NCBI RefSeq assembly: GCF_964213995.1
Contig: NC_135804.1
Span: 2,976,001 to 3,040,000 of the forward strand
Length of the DNA: 64,000 bases
Source: Mustelus asterias
Taxonomy: Eukaryota
Reading direction: 5' to 3'
Below are positions 1 through 11,570 of the stretch, in pieces; position 1 is the stretch's first letter, and the number at the start of each line of letters is the position of its first letter. Both the position numbers and the translations under genes were made by a program. The notes beneath the pieces are model-generated. The model made no database searches. It was not told where the DNA came from and worked only from the letters and a program-made list of their open reading frames with translations.

Positions 1-402
1 GACCAGAACTGCGCGCAGTACTCCAAGTGGGGTCTAACCAGGGTCCTATAAAGCTGCAGCATTATCTCCCGACTCCTAAACTCAATCCCTCGATTAATGA
101 AGGCTAGTACGCCGTACGCCTTCTTGACCGCATCCTCCACCTGCGAGGCCGATTTAAGAGTCCTATGGACCCGGACCCCAAGGTCCTTCTGATCCTCTAC
201 ACTGCTAAGAATGGTACCCTTCATATTATACTGCTGCTTCATCCCATTGGATCTGCCAAAATGGATCACTACACACTTATCCGGGTTGAAGTCCATCTGC
301 CACTTCTCCGCCCAGTCTTGCATTCTATCTATGTCTCACTGCAACTTCTGACATCCCTCCAAACTATCCACAACACCACCTACCTTGGTGTCGTCAGCAA
401 AG
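1..402 (-). mobile_element. CR1-clade LINE ORF2 (RT) fragment running off the window start
   Basis: Minus strand reads FADDTK (ttggtgtcgtcagcaaa at ~385-401) then VHRTLKSASQVEDAVKKAYGVLAFINRGIEFRSREIMLQLYRTLVRPHLEYCAQFW; same subfamily as 19901-20589. Confidence 0.93.
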
Positions 403-493
403 TTCAAAGTTCAATAGGATGTTAACTCTGATTTTGAGGGTCTTTTTGTTTCTATGGTAGGGGCCCGAAATTTGATTCGAGGGATTCAAACAC

Positions 494-629
494 AGGCTGG
501 AATTTTCCATCTGTTCACACCCCGTCGCTGCTGCGAGTGAGGACGGAGAATTTGGTGCTCAGCCAAATCTCTGTTCACCGCTGTGGGACCAGAGAGTCCG
601 CTGGTGTGAACGCTGGAAATTTCTGGCCT
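494..629. mobile_element. Short palindromic MITE-like element
   Basis: Imperfect ~28 bp terminal inverted repeats (aggctggaattttccatctgttcacacc / ggtgtgaacgctggaaatttctggcct) and a central inverted pair gagaatttgg...ccaaatctc; no clear TSD. Confidence 0.6.
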
Positions 630-1399
630 TGGAGTTGCATATTGTGCTTTTGATACAATCATTAGTGCTGGAGAATTTGTCAAACCTTGGCCTTCATATG
701 TTCCCTTTTTTTATAATCTGGTCACCTCAGAAAATTGGTAACCATTGAAAATCCTCTTCCCAGGTGCAGGGGAGGAGCAGGTGATTTGGGACCTGTGCTT
801 CCACTGGGGGTTTTCATCACTTTGTGTCTGGGTCTGTTATCGACTCATTAATAGAGATTGATCATTGATTCCAACATTCCATTATTGTGTTGTATGATCA
901 ACAGAGGAGAAGGCGATCTTCCTGGGTGCACATTGGTCTTTTTGTTGAGCGATTCCTGTAGATAACAAATCTTCTTCTCCATCTCTTTGACTTCAAACTA
1001 TGTATCTCCTGATTTCTGCTGCAGATAAAGCAGATTTATATTTTGGTTTGCTTTGGTTGTCAAAGCAGCAGTGCCCAGAATTTCTTGGGAATGAAGAGGG
1101 AATCAGGTGAGATACCAAACGTGGTAATTGCCGTGTTAACCCTTTAATGTCTATCAATTCATCACCCACTCCTGAAGACTAGAACTCCCTGCTGGCAGTT
1201 AGATACTGTAGAAGTGAGCCTGGCATTTCTTGGTGCTATGTCGCTATGAGTGATAGCTGTCTCTTTAACTGCAGTGGAATTTCTCTTCCAAATCACTTCT
1301 GTGCTCACTCCATGACAGGTTCTTGAACTTCCATCTGATGCCATTGGAAAGTGATCATGAAGTGGATTTGTAGCTTTACCCTATCCCACTCCCCCATCA

Positions 1400-2165
1400 T
1401 AACTTGAGGTCACTAAAACCAGTTTGGCATTTTGGGACAGCTCCCTCTGTGACATCCCAGTCAACTCTTCCATCATGCCCAATTCCCATCCCCTCCCAGG
1501 TATCTTCCCTTGCAGTCACAGAAGGTTCAACACCTGCCCCTTTACCTCCTCCCTCTTTACAGTTCAAGGCCCAAAACACTCCTTTCAGATGAAGCAGCCT
1601 TTCACCTCCTTCAGTTTGGTTGCATGTATTCGCTGCTCCCAATGTGATCTCCTCTACATTGGAGAGACTAAACGCAGACTGGGTGATCGCTTTGTGGAAC
1701 ACCTTCACTCAGTCTGCGAACATGATCCCAATCTTCCTGTTGTGTGCCATTTTAACTCAGCATCTTGCTCTCATGCCCACATGTCTGTCCTGGACCTGCT
1801 GCAATGTTCCACTGAAGCCCAATGCAAGCTGGAGGAGCAGTATTTCAGCTTTCGATTAGACATGTTACAGCTCTTGGGACTCGACGTTGAGTTTGACAAC
1901 CTTGGGTTTTGACCTTTCTCCTCCATCTTGACCACCCCCCCCCCTTTTTTAATATCCCAGAAATGTATTACCTCAGTGCAAACCCTGCATCCTCCCACAC
2001 CAGGCCATTTGTCTTTTGTTCTTAAAGTTGCTACTTTTTGTTGTGGTTTCTACAGTTCTAACATTCTCCCTCCCTTCAGTTCAACAAAGAGTCAAAGGAC
2101 TGAAAATGTTAACTCTGTTTCTCTCCTGATAAATACTGGCAGACTTGCTGAGTTTTTCGGGTGTC
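1400..2165 (+). mobile_element. Penelope-like element 3' fragment (GIY-YIG endonuclease plus decayed pseudo-LTR)
   Basis: ORF 1424-1912 contains CIRCSQCDLLYIGETKRRLGDRFVEH...HFN; homologous to the C-terminus of the PLE at 56103-58730; decayed terminal sequence at ~2075-2165. Confidence 0.9.
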
Positions 2166-2289
2166 CTCTGGTTTGGTATTTGGGCAATTGTGCCACCTCC
2201 GGCATAGATGGGAGTCGAACCTAATGCCTGTCTGTGTGGCTTGGCTGTTCTCTCTCAAGTAGGTGAAAACTTGATTGTCAGAGAATTAT

Positions 2290-2577
2290 TGAATCTCTAC
2301 AGTGCAGGAGAGGCCATTCGGCCCAGAGAGTCTGCACCAACTCTTTGACAGAGTATCTTGCCCAGGCCTTCTCCCCTGCCCTATCCCTGCAAGCCCACAC
2401 ATTTACCATTGCCAATTAACTTAACCTACACAGCTTTGGAGTGTGGGAGGAAACCGGAGCACCCGGAGGAAACCCACGCAGACACGGGGAAAACATGCAA
2501 ACTCCATACAGACAGTCACCCAAGGCCGGAATTGAATCCTGGTCCCTGGCGCTGAGAGGCAGTAGTGCTGACCACTG
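2290..2577 (-). mobile_element. HE1-type V-SINE with CR1 tail
   Basis: Reverse complement of a tRNA-like head, V core (gggtttcctccgggtgctccggtttcctcccac) and GGGCCGAATGGCC tail; the 5' end abuts the Rex1/Babar LINE. Confidence 0.9.
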
Positions 2578-4611
2578 ATTTGATTTGATTTATTATTATC
2601 ACATGTATTGGTACGAAGTGAAAAGTATTGTTTCTTGCCCGCTATACAGACAAGGCATACCGTACATAGAGAAGGAAAGGAGAGAGTGCAGAATGTAGTG
2701 TTAGTCATAGCTAGGGTGTAGAGAAAGATCAACTTCATGCGAGGTAAGTCCAGTCAAAAGTTTGACGGCAGGAGGGACGAAGCTGTTCTTGAGACGGTTG
2801 GTGCGTGTCCTCAGACTTTTGTACTTTTTTCCTGATGGAAGAAGGTGGAAGAGAGTATATCTGGGGTGCGTGGGGTTCTTGATTATGCTGGCTGCTTTTC
2901 CAAGGCAGCAGGAAGTGTAGACAGTGTCAATGCATGGGAGGCTGGTTTGAATGATGGTCTGGGTTTCGTTCACGACCTTTTGCAGATTCTTGCGGTCCTG
3001 GGTAGAGCAGGAGCCATACCAAGCTATGATACAACCAGAAATAATGCTTTCTATGGTGCATCTGTAAAAGTTGGTGAGAGTCGTAGCTGACATGCCAAAT
3101 TTCCTTAGCCTTCTGAGGAAGTAGAGGAGTTGGTGGGCTTTCTTAACAATAGTGTCGGCATGGGGGGACCAGCACAGGCTGTTGGTGATCTGGACACCAT
3201 TTCTACTTCCTGCCCATTGATGTAGACAGGGGCATGTTCTCCACTATGTTTCCTGAAGTCAATGACTATCTCCTTCGTTTTGTTGACATTGAGGGCGAGA
3301 TTATTGTTGCTGCACCAGTTCACCAGATTCTCTATCTCATTCCTGTACTCTGTCTCGTCATTGAGATCGCACCCACTCCGGTGGTGTCATCAGCAAACTT
3401 GAAAATCGAGTTGGTGGGGAATTTTACTGCACAGTCTTAGGTGTACAAGGAGTACAATAGGGGGCTGAGGACACAGCCTTGTGGGGCACCGGTGTTGAGG
3501 ATGACCATGGAGGAGGTGTTGTTGTCTATCCTTACTGACTGCAGTCTGTGGGTTAAGAAGTTCAGGGTCCAGTCACAGAGGGAGGAGCCGAGGCCCAGGT
3601 CACGGAGTTTGGAAATGAGTTTCGTAGGAATAATGGTGTTGAAGGCTGAGCTGTAGTCAACAAATAGGAGTCTGACATAGGTGTCTTTGTAATCTGGGTG
3701 TTCCAGGATTGAGTGCAGGGCCAGGGAGATGGCATCTGCTGTGGACCTTTTGTGGGTGTAGGCAAACTATAGTAGGATCCAGGCAATCTGGAAGGCCAGG
3801 ATTGATTCGTGCCATGATTAACCTTTCAAAACACTTCATAATGGATGTCAGAGCCACCGGACTATAGCCATTAAGGCACACTGCCTGGCTTTTCTTTGGT
3901 ACTGGGATGATGGTTGTCGTCTTGAAGCAGATAGGGACCTCAGATTGTTGTAAAGAGAGGTTGAAGATGTCTTTGAATGTCCCCGCCAGCTGGTCTCGCA
4001 GGATCTGAGTACTTGTCTGGGTACCCCATCCGGGCCAGTCACTTTCCGCGGGTTGACCTTCGAGAAGGCTGCTCTGACGCCTGCAACAGTGACCTTGGAT
4101 ACAAGTTCATCTGAGGATTCTGGGGTAGAGGGCGTGCTCTTGCTGACTTCTTGCTCAAAATGGGCATAGAATGTGTTGAGCTCATCAGGGAGGGGTGCAT
4201 TGGTGCCAGCGATTTTACATACCTTCATCTTGTAGCCTGTTACGTCTTGTAGAAGTTGCCATCGTTGGCGGGAATCTGTGTGGCTAGCCTGGGACTCTAG
4301 CTTGGTCCGGTACTGTCTTTTGCATCTTTGATGGATCTCTGTAGATTGTATCTGGCTTTCTTGTATACTAAGAAGTCTCCCAACACCAGGTTAAAGTCTA
4401 ACGGGACCTGTTGGACTCCTGGTGTTGTGAGACTTCTTACTGTGCTTATCCCAGTCCAATGCTGGCATCTCCACATCATTTCTTGTATAGGTCAGGGTCG
4501 TCTGACTTGAACGCCTCAGACCTGGACTTCAGCAAGCAGTGGCTATCCTTGTTCATCCATGGTTTCCGGTTGAGAAACACATGGATTTGCTTTTTTGGCA
4601 CGCCTTGCCAT
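2578..4611 (-). mobile_element. Rex1/Babar-clade LINE, 5'-truncated and decayed
   Basis: Minus strand encodes [17 protein letters not shown]...FADDTT, WCSNNNLALNVNKTKEIVIDFRK and FYRCTIESIISGCIIAWYG; 3' tail (AAATC)n; stops and frameshifts present. Confidence 0.92.
4368..4478. mobile_element. Foldback mini-insertion (family A, probable PLE terminus) inside the Rex1/Babar LINE
   Basis: Arms taagaagtctcccaacaccagg / cctggtgttgtgagacttctta plus tail ...ggcatctccacatca; 11-bp TSD tttcttgtata at 4357-4367 and 4479-4489. Confidence 0.8.
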
Positions 4612-4849
4612 CCCTAATAGGATCTCTAATAGGAAACCGTGAAGGACCTAAAAAGTTGAGAGGAAATATTTAGCTGGCTGTAAAAGTGAAGTGGCTTTAA
4701 ATATTTTGCTTGCCCTTGTTTTGTGTGAAGAACCTATTTACAAAACAATATTCGGATGCACCATCTTCTTACCTGTCCGACCTCCAAATAGAGTGAGGAG
4801 CTGTGGATAATTGTGCAGCATGATTGTGTATTTAGTTATGTGGATCAAG

Positions 4850-5141
4850 AAAGAACTTGCTGTTCTGTAGTCACTCACCAAATTCTCAGGATATCTTGAA
4901 GCACTTTCCATCAAGTGAATTTGAGAGAAGAGATTTTTGTTATGTCAACAAGCATGGTAGCCACTTTGCATGCAGTAAGATGCTACAGAAAGCGAATGAG
5001 ATGAGTGGCTAGTTGATTTGTAATTAGGTGTTTGAGAGAAGAGTGTCAGACAAGGGAAGCTCCTTGCTCTCTCTTGAATGGTGCCAGGGAATCTTTTGTG
5101 TTTACTTGAATAGGCAGTCAGCACCTTGGTTTAACATCTCA
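4850..5141 (-). mobile_element. Old Deu-domain SINE (SacSINE1/AmnSINE1-like) remnant
   Basis: Ends in ccttggtttaacatctca (reverse complement of the Deu core TGAGATGTTAAACCGAGG-like); L2-like tail; resembles copies at 34035, 52900 and 58765. Confidence 0.6.
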
Positions 5142-5142
5142 A

Positions 5143-6042
5143 TTGACATGGTCTATGCTGAGTTGGCCAGTTTTGGCTGGAGTTGGTGGATATGACAGAG
5201 CGGCTGGTTGGAAAAGACATTGAGTTGTGCTGTGTTGTTGTGGCGGCCCCTATATTGGTGTAGCTCCATCTCAACAGCCCCTTTGTAGAGAATCAACCAG
5301 GAATGTGATGGACTGAATGACCTTCAATGATTCTGGCAGAAGAATGCCACCAGCTGAAAGAAACTAACTGAAAAAAAGCTTTGGTAATAAGTGATAACAT
5401 TTCAACTGATCTTGGTGATTTTTAAGGCTGCGATTTTTTTTTCCCACCAGAGATTCAGGTGACTATTAATTACTTCTGTGGCTTTGCCACTTGAACCTGC
5501 AGTTAGCTCACAGCTTTGTAATTACTCCACAGCTTCTATATAGAGAATAACTGATACCTGGGATTGATTTCAAGACTGCAATTCCAAGTCTGGGTTCAGC
5601 TAACTGTTAGTGGATCATCTGAAACCCTCAATGTCAGGATCTTTGAAATAGTTGAAAGATATCCAACCTCGACTGTTCTCTGGGGAAGAGAATTCCAAAG
5701 ATCTACAACTGAGAAGAAATTCCTCCTCATCTCCGTCTTAAATGGGCTGCTCCCTATTCTGAAATTATGTTTTCTGGTTCTAGATTCCTCCATAGAATCA
5801 TAGAGTTTTACAGCATTGAAAGAGGTCCTTTGGCCCATTATGTCTGTGCTGGCTATTAAACACCTATCTATTCTAATCCCATTTCCCCAGCACTTGATTC
5901 TCTACAAGGGAGCTGTTTAGATGGAGCTACACCAATATACGGTTTGTAACACAGCACAGCTCAATTCTTTTCCAACAAGCCCTTCTATCATGTCTACCAA
6001 CTGTAGCCAAAACTGGTCAACTCTTTTCAGACCACATGTCAA
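5143..6042. repeat. Inverted-repeat pair: 5143-5296 and 5894-6042
   Basis: Reverse complement of 5894-6042 aligns along its length with 5143-5296 (shared tatattggtgtagctccatct, ttgtagagaatcaa, ccagttttggct); roughly 75-80% identity by eye. Confidence 0.8.
5620..5893 (-). mobile_element. CR1 3'-end remnants (two abutting pieces)
   Basis: FKTEMRRNFFS..VVDLWNSLP on the minus strand (ORF 5596-5838), followed by a second CR1 tail beginning catagaatcatagag. Confidence 0.75.
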
Positions 6043-6749
6043 ACCCAAGACTGCCATCATCCAATGCTTGGTCCATAGCCTTGTGTGCTATGGTGATTGT
6101 GCCCATTTGACCAGCCTGTCTATATCGTCCTGAAACCTATGGCTTTCCTCCTTGTTATTTACTACACCACCAATCTTTGTGTCATCGATGAACCTATTGA
6201 TCACACCTCCCAAATTCTCGTCCGGATCATTAATGTGCACTAAAATAAGCAAGGGAACGAGCACCAATCCCTGCGGTACAGTACTGGACACAAGTTTCCA
6301 ATAACAAAAACAATCTTCGACCATCACTCTCTGCCTCTTGCCACTAAACCAATTTTGGATCCAAATTGCCCTGGATCCCATGGGCTCTTACCTTCTTGAC
6401 CAGCCTCCCGTGTGGGACCTTGGTTTATTGAAGTCTATTTAGACTACATCAACTACATTGCCCTCATCTACACAGCTAGTCATCTCCTCGAAATATTCAA
6501 TCAAATTTCTTAACCATTACCTCCTGACAAAGCCATGCTGACCATCCTTGATTAATCCTTGTCTCTCCAAGTGGAGATTAATTCTGTCCCTCAGAATTTT
6601 TTCCAATAATTTCCCTACCACAGATATTAGACTCACTGGCCTGTAATTTCCTGTTTTTCTCTACTTTACCTCTTGATTAATGGTACCACATTAGCTATCC
6701 TCTCCTGTTCTCTGGCACCTCATCTCAATCCTATGGCACCTTTCCTGTG

Positions 6750-6911
6750 TGTGGAGATGCCGGCGTTGGACTGGGGTGAACACAGTAAGAAGTTTAACAA
6801 CACCAGGTTAAAGTCCAACAGGTTTATTTGGTAGCAAAAGCCACAAAAGTGTGGCTTTTGCTACCAAATAAACCTGTTGGACTTTAACCTGGTGTTGTTA
6901 AACTTCTTACT
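6750..6911. mobile_element. Foldback mini-insertion (family A) with a perfect 62-bp hairpin
   Basis: Arms 6784-6845 and 6850-6911 are exact reverse complements around the loop aaag; 12-bp TSD acctttcctgtg at 6738-6749 and 6912-6923. Confidence 0.9.
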
Positions 6912-6984
6912 ACCTTTCCTGTGACCAGAGAGGATTTGAAAATTAAGAGTCAGCCCTTGCAATCTCCCTCTTGCCCCTCACAAT

Positions 6985-7657
6985 AGAACAAAGAATAAAG
7001 AAAATTACAGCGCAGGATTGCAATAATTCGGCCCCCCAAGCCTGCACCAACCACGCTGCCCGACCCTTCCGGGGACCAAATCCCTCTATTCCCATTCTAT
7101 TCATGTATTTGTCAAGACGCCCGTTAAAAGTCACTACCGTATCCGCTTCCACTACCTCCCCTGGCAACGTGTTTCAGGCACCCACTACTCACTGTGTAAA
7201 AAAAATCTGCCTCGTACATCTCCTTTCAACCTTGCCCCTCGCACCTTAAACCTGTGCCCCCTAGTAATTGACTCTTCCACCCTGGGAAAAAGCTTCTGAC
7301 TATCCACTCTGTCCATGCCCCTCATAATCTTGTAGACTTCTATCAGGTCGCCCCTCAACCTCTGTCATTCCAGTGAGAACAAACCAAGTTTCTCCAACCT
7401 CTCCTCATAGCTAATGCCCTCCATATCAGGCAACATCCTGGTAAATCTTTTCCGTACCCTCTCCAGCCCCGGCTGATGAAGGCAAGCATGCCGTATGTCT
7501 TCTTGACTACCTTCTCCACCTGCATTACCACTTTCAGTGACCTGTGTACCTGTACACCCAGATCCCTTTGCCTATCAATACTCTTAAGGGTTCTGCCATT
7601 GTATATTTCCTGTCTGTTTTAGACCTTCCAAAATGCATTGCCTCACATTTGTCCGGA
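6985..7657 (-). mobile_element. CR1/HER1-type LINE 3' fragment
   Basis: PGEVVEADTVVTFNGRLDKYMNRMGIEG; closely similar to 17033-18020, with internal deletions. Confidence 0.9.
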
Positions 7658-7664
7658 TAGCATA

Positions 7665-7949
7665 GGGCAGCACGGTGGCACAGTGGTTAGCACTGCTGCC
7701 TCACAGCGCCAGGGACCTGGGTTCGATTCCCGGCTTCGGTCACTGTCTGTGTGGAGTTTGCACATTCTCCCCATGTCTGCGTGGGTTTCCTCCGGGTGCT
7801 CCGGTTTCCTCCCACAGTCTGAAAGGTGTGCTGGTTAGGTGCATTGACCCGAACAGGCACCAGAATGTGGCGACTCGGTGAATTTCACAGTAACTTCATT
7901 GCAATGTTAATGTGAGCCTTACTTTTGACTAATAAATAAACTTTAACTT
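7665..7949 (+). mobile_element. V-SINE with non-CR1 (Rex1/Babar-like) tail
   Basis: A box tggcacagtgg, B box ggttcgattcc, V core, tail ...cttcattgcaatgttaatgtgagccttacttttgactaataaataaacttt. Confidence 0.9.
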
Positions 7950-8382
7950 CAGGATACACCTCATCTGGGCCTGGGGAGTTATCCACTTTCAAGCCCGCTA
8001 AAATTGCTAACACCTCCCCTCTCTCAATAATAATCTGTTCAATTATGTCAGTCTCCCTCCCTGCTTTCTATACCTACATCGTCCTACTCCATAGTGAACA
8101 TGGATGCAAACTACTAATTTCATATCTCCTCTGTCTTCCAGCTCCACACACACATTACCACTTTGGTCCCTAATGAGCCCTACTCTTGCCCTTAATATAC
8201 TTATAAAACACCTTGGGATTTTCCTTTATTTTTCCTGCCAGTGTGTTTTCACGCACCCTCTTCGTTCTCATCTCTTTTTTAAGTACCCCCTGCACTTTCT
8301 ATATTCCACTGTTTTCAACCTCCTGTATCTGCCATAAGTCTCCCCTTTTTTTCTTCATCCAATCCTGTGTATCCCTTGATAT

Positions 8383-8526
8383 GATGTGGAGATGCCGGCG
8401 TTGGACTGGGGTGAACACAGTAAGAGTTTTAACAACACCAGGTTAAAGTTCAACAGGTTTATTTGGTAGCAGTGACCTGTTTATCTGGTGTTGTTTATCT
8501 GGTGTTGTTAAAACTCTTACTGTGTT
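8383..8526. mobile_element. Foldback mini-insertion (family A)
   Basis: Same sequence as 6750-6911 with a rearranged return arm; 13-bp TSD tatcccttgatat at 8370-8382 and 8527-8539. Confidence 0.85.
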
Positions 8527-8844
8527 TATCCCTTGATATCCAGGGTTCTCTGGATTTTTGGTCCCTCCCCTTTATCTTTGTGGGAACATTTGTATTCTGT
8601 CTCTTTCTTTTTTTGAATAACTCCCACTGCTCTGTGATGTGGATTTTCCTACAAGTAGCTGCTCCCAGTCCACTTCGGCCAGATCCTGTCTTATCCTATT
8701 AAAATCCACCTCCGCCCAATTTGGAGCCTTTATTTCTGGTTCATCTTTGTCCTTTTCCATAACTATCTTAAATTTTACTGAGTCATGGTCACTATCGCTG
8801 AAACATTCCCCCACTGACACTTCTGCCAACTTGCTGTCTTAATT

Positions 8845-9780
8845 ATCTTTGCGTCATCAGCAAATTTGGCTACAATAACTAGTCACTTCACTGAGTCATT
8901 CATATAGATTGTAAATAGTTGAGCATTGATGCTGTGGTACCCACTAGTTTATAGTGTGCACACCTGAAAATGACTCATTCATCCTCACTGTTTCTTGTTA
9001 GTCAGCCAATCCTCTGTCCACGCTAATACATTATCCCCAACACAGTGAGCTTTACTTTGTGTAGTAACTTTTTATGTGGTCAATCAATGCCTTTTGGAAA
9101 TATATCTACTGGTTCCCCTATATTTACCCTGCCTGTGACATTCTCAAAGAACACTAAAATTGTCAAACAGTGTTTCCTTTGATGCTGTCAGGCAGAATCA
9201 GTATGATTTTGTTATGAATTTCTAAATGTCCTGCTGCTACTTCCTTAACAAGAAATTCCACCATTTTTCCCAATGTCTAACCAGCCTATAGATTCTCGCT
9301 TTCTCATTCACTCCCTTTCTTGAAAAGGGGCATTACATTTGTGGTTTTTCTGTTGGTGGACTTTTGCAGAATCAAGGGAATTTTGGAAGATTGCAGTATC
9401 TGTAGCCACTTCCTTTAAAACCTTGCGGTGCAGGCCATCAGGTCCAGGGAACTTGTCAGCCTTTAATTCCATCAGTGTACCTGTGGTAATTTTTAATTTA
9501 ACTTAATATTTTTTCTAGTGATAATTGTTTCAAGTTCTTCCCTTCTGTCCCTTTACTTTCTTCTATTCTTGGGATGCTTTTGTGTCCTCTACCACGAAGA
9601 CAGATACAAAATATTTGTTCAAAGTTTCTGCAACTTCCTTGTTTCCCATTATTAATTCCCCAGTTTCATCCTCTAAGGGACTAACGTTTACTTTAGCTGC
9701 TTTCATTTTATATACTTGTAGAAGCTCTTGCTGACTGTTTTCATGCTTCGCGTTCGTTTACTCTCTATTTTTCACTTTTT
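8845..9780 (-). mobile_element. Decayed CR1 RT-region fragment
   Basis: gcgtcatcagcaaatttggc (AKFADDA on the minus strand), ccatcaggtccagggaacttgtc (DKFPGPDG) and LNKYFVSVF-like segment. Confidence 0.75.
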
Positions 9781-9867
9781 TTCAGTTATCTTTTGGGGAG
9801 ATTTTAGAAATCTTTTTGGTCTACTGGTGATCTTCATAACATTGCATGCCTTTTTCAGTTTGATTTT

Positions 9868-9950
9868 GGGACTAGCTTAGAGGTTTAAAAAAAAAAGGAC
9901 GGCATGGACAAGTTGGGCCGAAGAGCTGTAAAGCTCCATGACTCTATGAT
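9868..9950 (+). mobile_element. Isolated CR1/HER1 3' tail
   Basis: ggcatggacaagttgggccgaag...atgactctatga, matching the tail of the 35862-38197 element. Confidence 0.7.
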
Positions 9951-10779
9951 TAGCTAGCTGTGGTTGATGACCAGGCTATCATGACTCACTGTTTGGGCTA
10001 TCAGTTCATTCTTCTCAGAGTCTGTGTGTGCCAGTGGAATGTATCTTAGTTTTTTATTTGTTCATGGGACATGAGCATTGCTGAGAAGGTGGTGGTGATG
10101 TGCCACTTTTCTTCAACTGTTGCAGTCCATGTGGTGTAGGTACACACACACTGCTGTTAAGAAAGATGTTCCAGGATTCTGATCCAACGACAGTGAGGGA
10201 GCAGCGATCTATTTCCAAGTCACGATGGTGTGTGCATTGGAGAGAAACTTGTAGATGTCACTATGCCACTGATCCAGTCATTTCTAGGTGGTAAGAGATC
10301 AGAAGAAACTTGGCAAATTGTTGCAGTGCATCTGTATATGATACACACTATTGCCATTGTGTGTTGTGCGTCAGGATTGGAGGGAGTTTAAGGTGGTGGA
10401 TGGGATGGCAGTCAAAAAGACTGCTTTGCCCTGGGTGGAGCTGAGCTTCACAAATGTTGTTGGAGCTGCAGTCATCCAGACAAAGTTGAGAGTATCTCAG
10501 CACACTCCTGACTTGCCCCTTGGAGATGGGAGTCAGGAAGTGGGTTATTCTTTGCAGAATTCCCAGCCTTTGATCTGATATTTATATGGCTAGTCCGGTT
10601 CAGTTTTGAGTCAATGATAACTGCCAGGAATTTGATGGAGGCTAATGCCATTGAAGCATCAAAGGGTGATGGTCAGATTCTCTCTTGTTGGAGGTGGTTA
10701 TTGTCTGGTTTAGTTTACTTTACTTGGGTGGCTCCAATGTTACTTGCCACTTATCAGCCCAAGCTGAATGCTATCAAGG

Positions 10780-11139
10780 GGAAGCGATGGCCTAGTGGTA
10801 TTATTGCTCGACTATTAATCCAGAAACTCAGCTAATGTTCTGGGGACCCGGGTTCGAATCCTGCCAGGGCAGAAGGTGGAATTTGAATTCAATAAAAAAT
10901 ATCTGTAGGTAAGAATCTATTGATGACCATGAAACCATTGTCAACTGTCGGAAAAACTCATCTGGTTCACTAATGTCCTTGAGGGAAGGAAATCTGCCTT
11001 CCTAAACCGGTCTGGCCTCCATATGACTCCAGAGCCACAGCAATGTGGTTGACTCTTAAATGCCCCCAGGCAACTAGGGATGGGCAATAAATGCTGGCCA
11101 GCCAGCGACGCCCATGTCCCGCTAATGAATAAAAAATAA
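10780..11139 (+). mobile_element. Full-length tRNA-derived SINE (non-V family)
   Basis: A box tggcctagtgg, B box ggttcgaatcc, tail gggatgggcaataaatgctggcc...gaataaaaaa; 7-bp TSD atcaagg at 10773-10779 and 11140-11146. Confidence 0.9.
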
Positions 11140-11414
11140 ATCAAGGACATGCTGCTTTCAGGTAGGGACTGCTTCAGTATTTGAGTTGTGAATAGTACTG
11201 AACATGGCAATAATCAATAAACATCCTCAGGTCTGATCTCATGATAGAGAGAGAAGGTCATTGATGAAGTTGCTGATGATGGTTGAGCTTTAGGCCACTA
11301 CCTTCAGGAACTCCAGCATTGAGGGGCTGTGAAGACTGGTCTCTTACAATCACAACCATCTTTCCTTGTGCTAGGTGTGACTCCAACCAGGAGAAAGTTT
11401 TCCCCCTGACTTCC

Positions 11415-11570
11415 AGCCACTCCACCCCCCCCATAGTATAAATCTCCGCTGATTCTCTTTGCTCTTAGCTCTTGACATAGGGTCATCTAGACTCAAAACG
11501 TTGGTTCTATTCTCTCCCCACAGATGCTGTCAGACCTGCTGAGATTTTCCAGCATTTTCTGTTTTTCTGT
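11415..11570 (+). mobile_element. PLE pseudo-LTR / 3' terminus fragment (family B)
   Basis: agtataaat, a decayed hammerhead motif, then cagatgctgtcagacctgctgagattttccagcattttctg, matching the PLE end at ~56103-56230. Confidence 0.8.

Larger units (their letters stand above)
6066..8835 (-). mobile_element. Old CR1 LINE (RT to endonuclease end) hosting four nested insertions
   Basis: VPQGLVLVPLLILVHIND...FIDDTKIGG (ORF 6088-6381) and SDHDSVKFKI (ORF 8572-8829); reading resumes collinearly after inserts at 6750, 6985-7949 and 8383. Confidence 0.85.

Noticed and set aside
660-1370. Possible decayed coding sequence on the minus strand, or a small + strand exon ending at CAG|GTGAGA (~1107)
   Set aside because: The minus-strand frames I translated are interrupted by stops, there is no motif I can assign with confidence, and the acceptor is weak.
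7665-7740. tRNA genes suggested by A/B boxes here and at 10780, 49017, 52182 and 60346
   Set aside because: All continue into SINE cores and LINE-derived tails and lack a closing acceptor stem.
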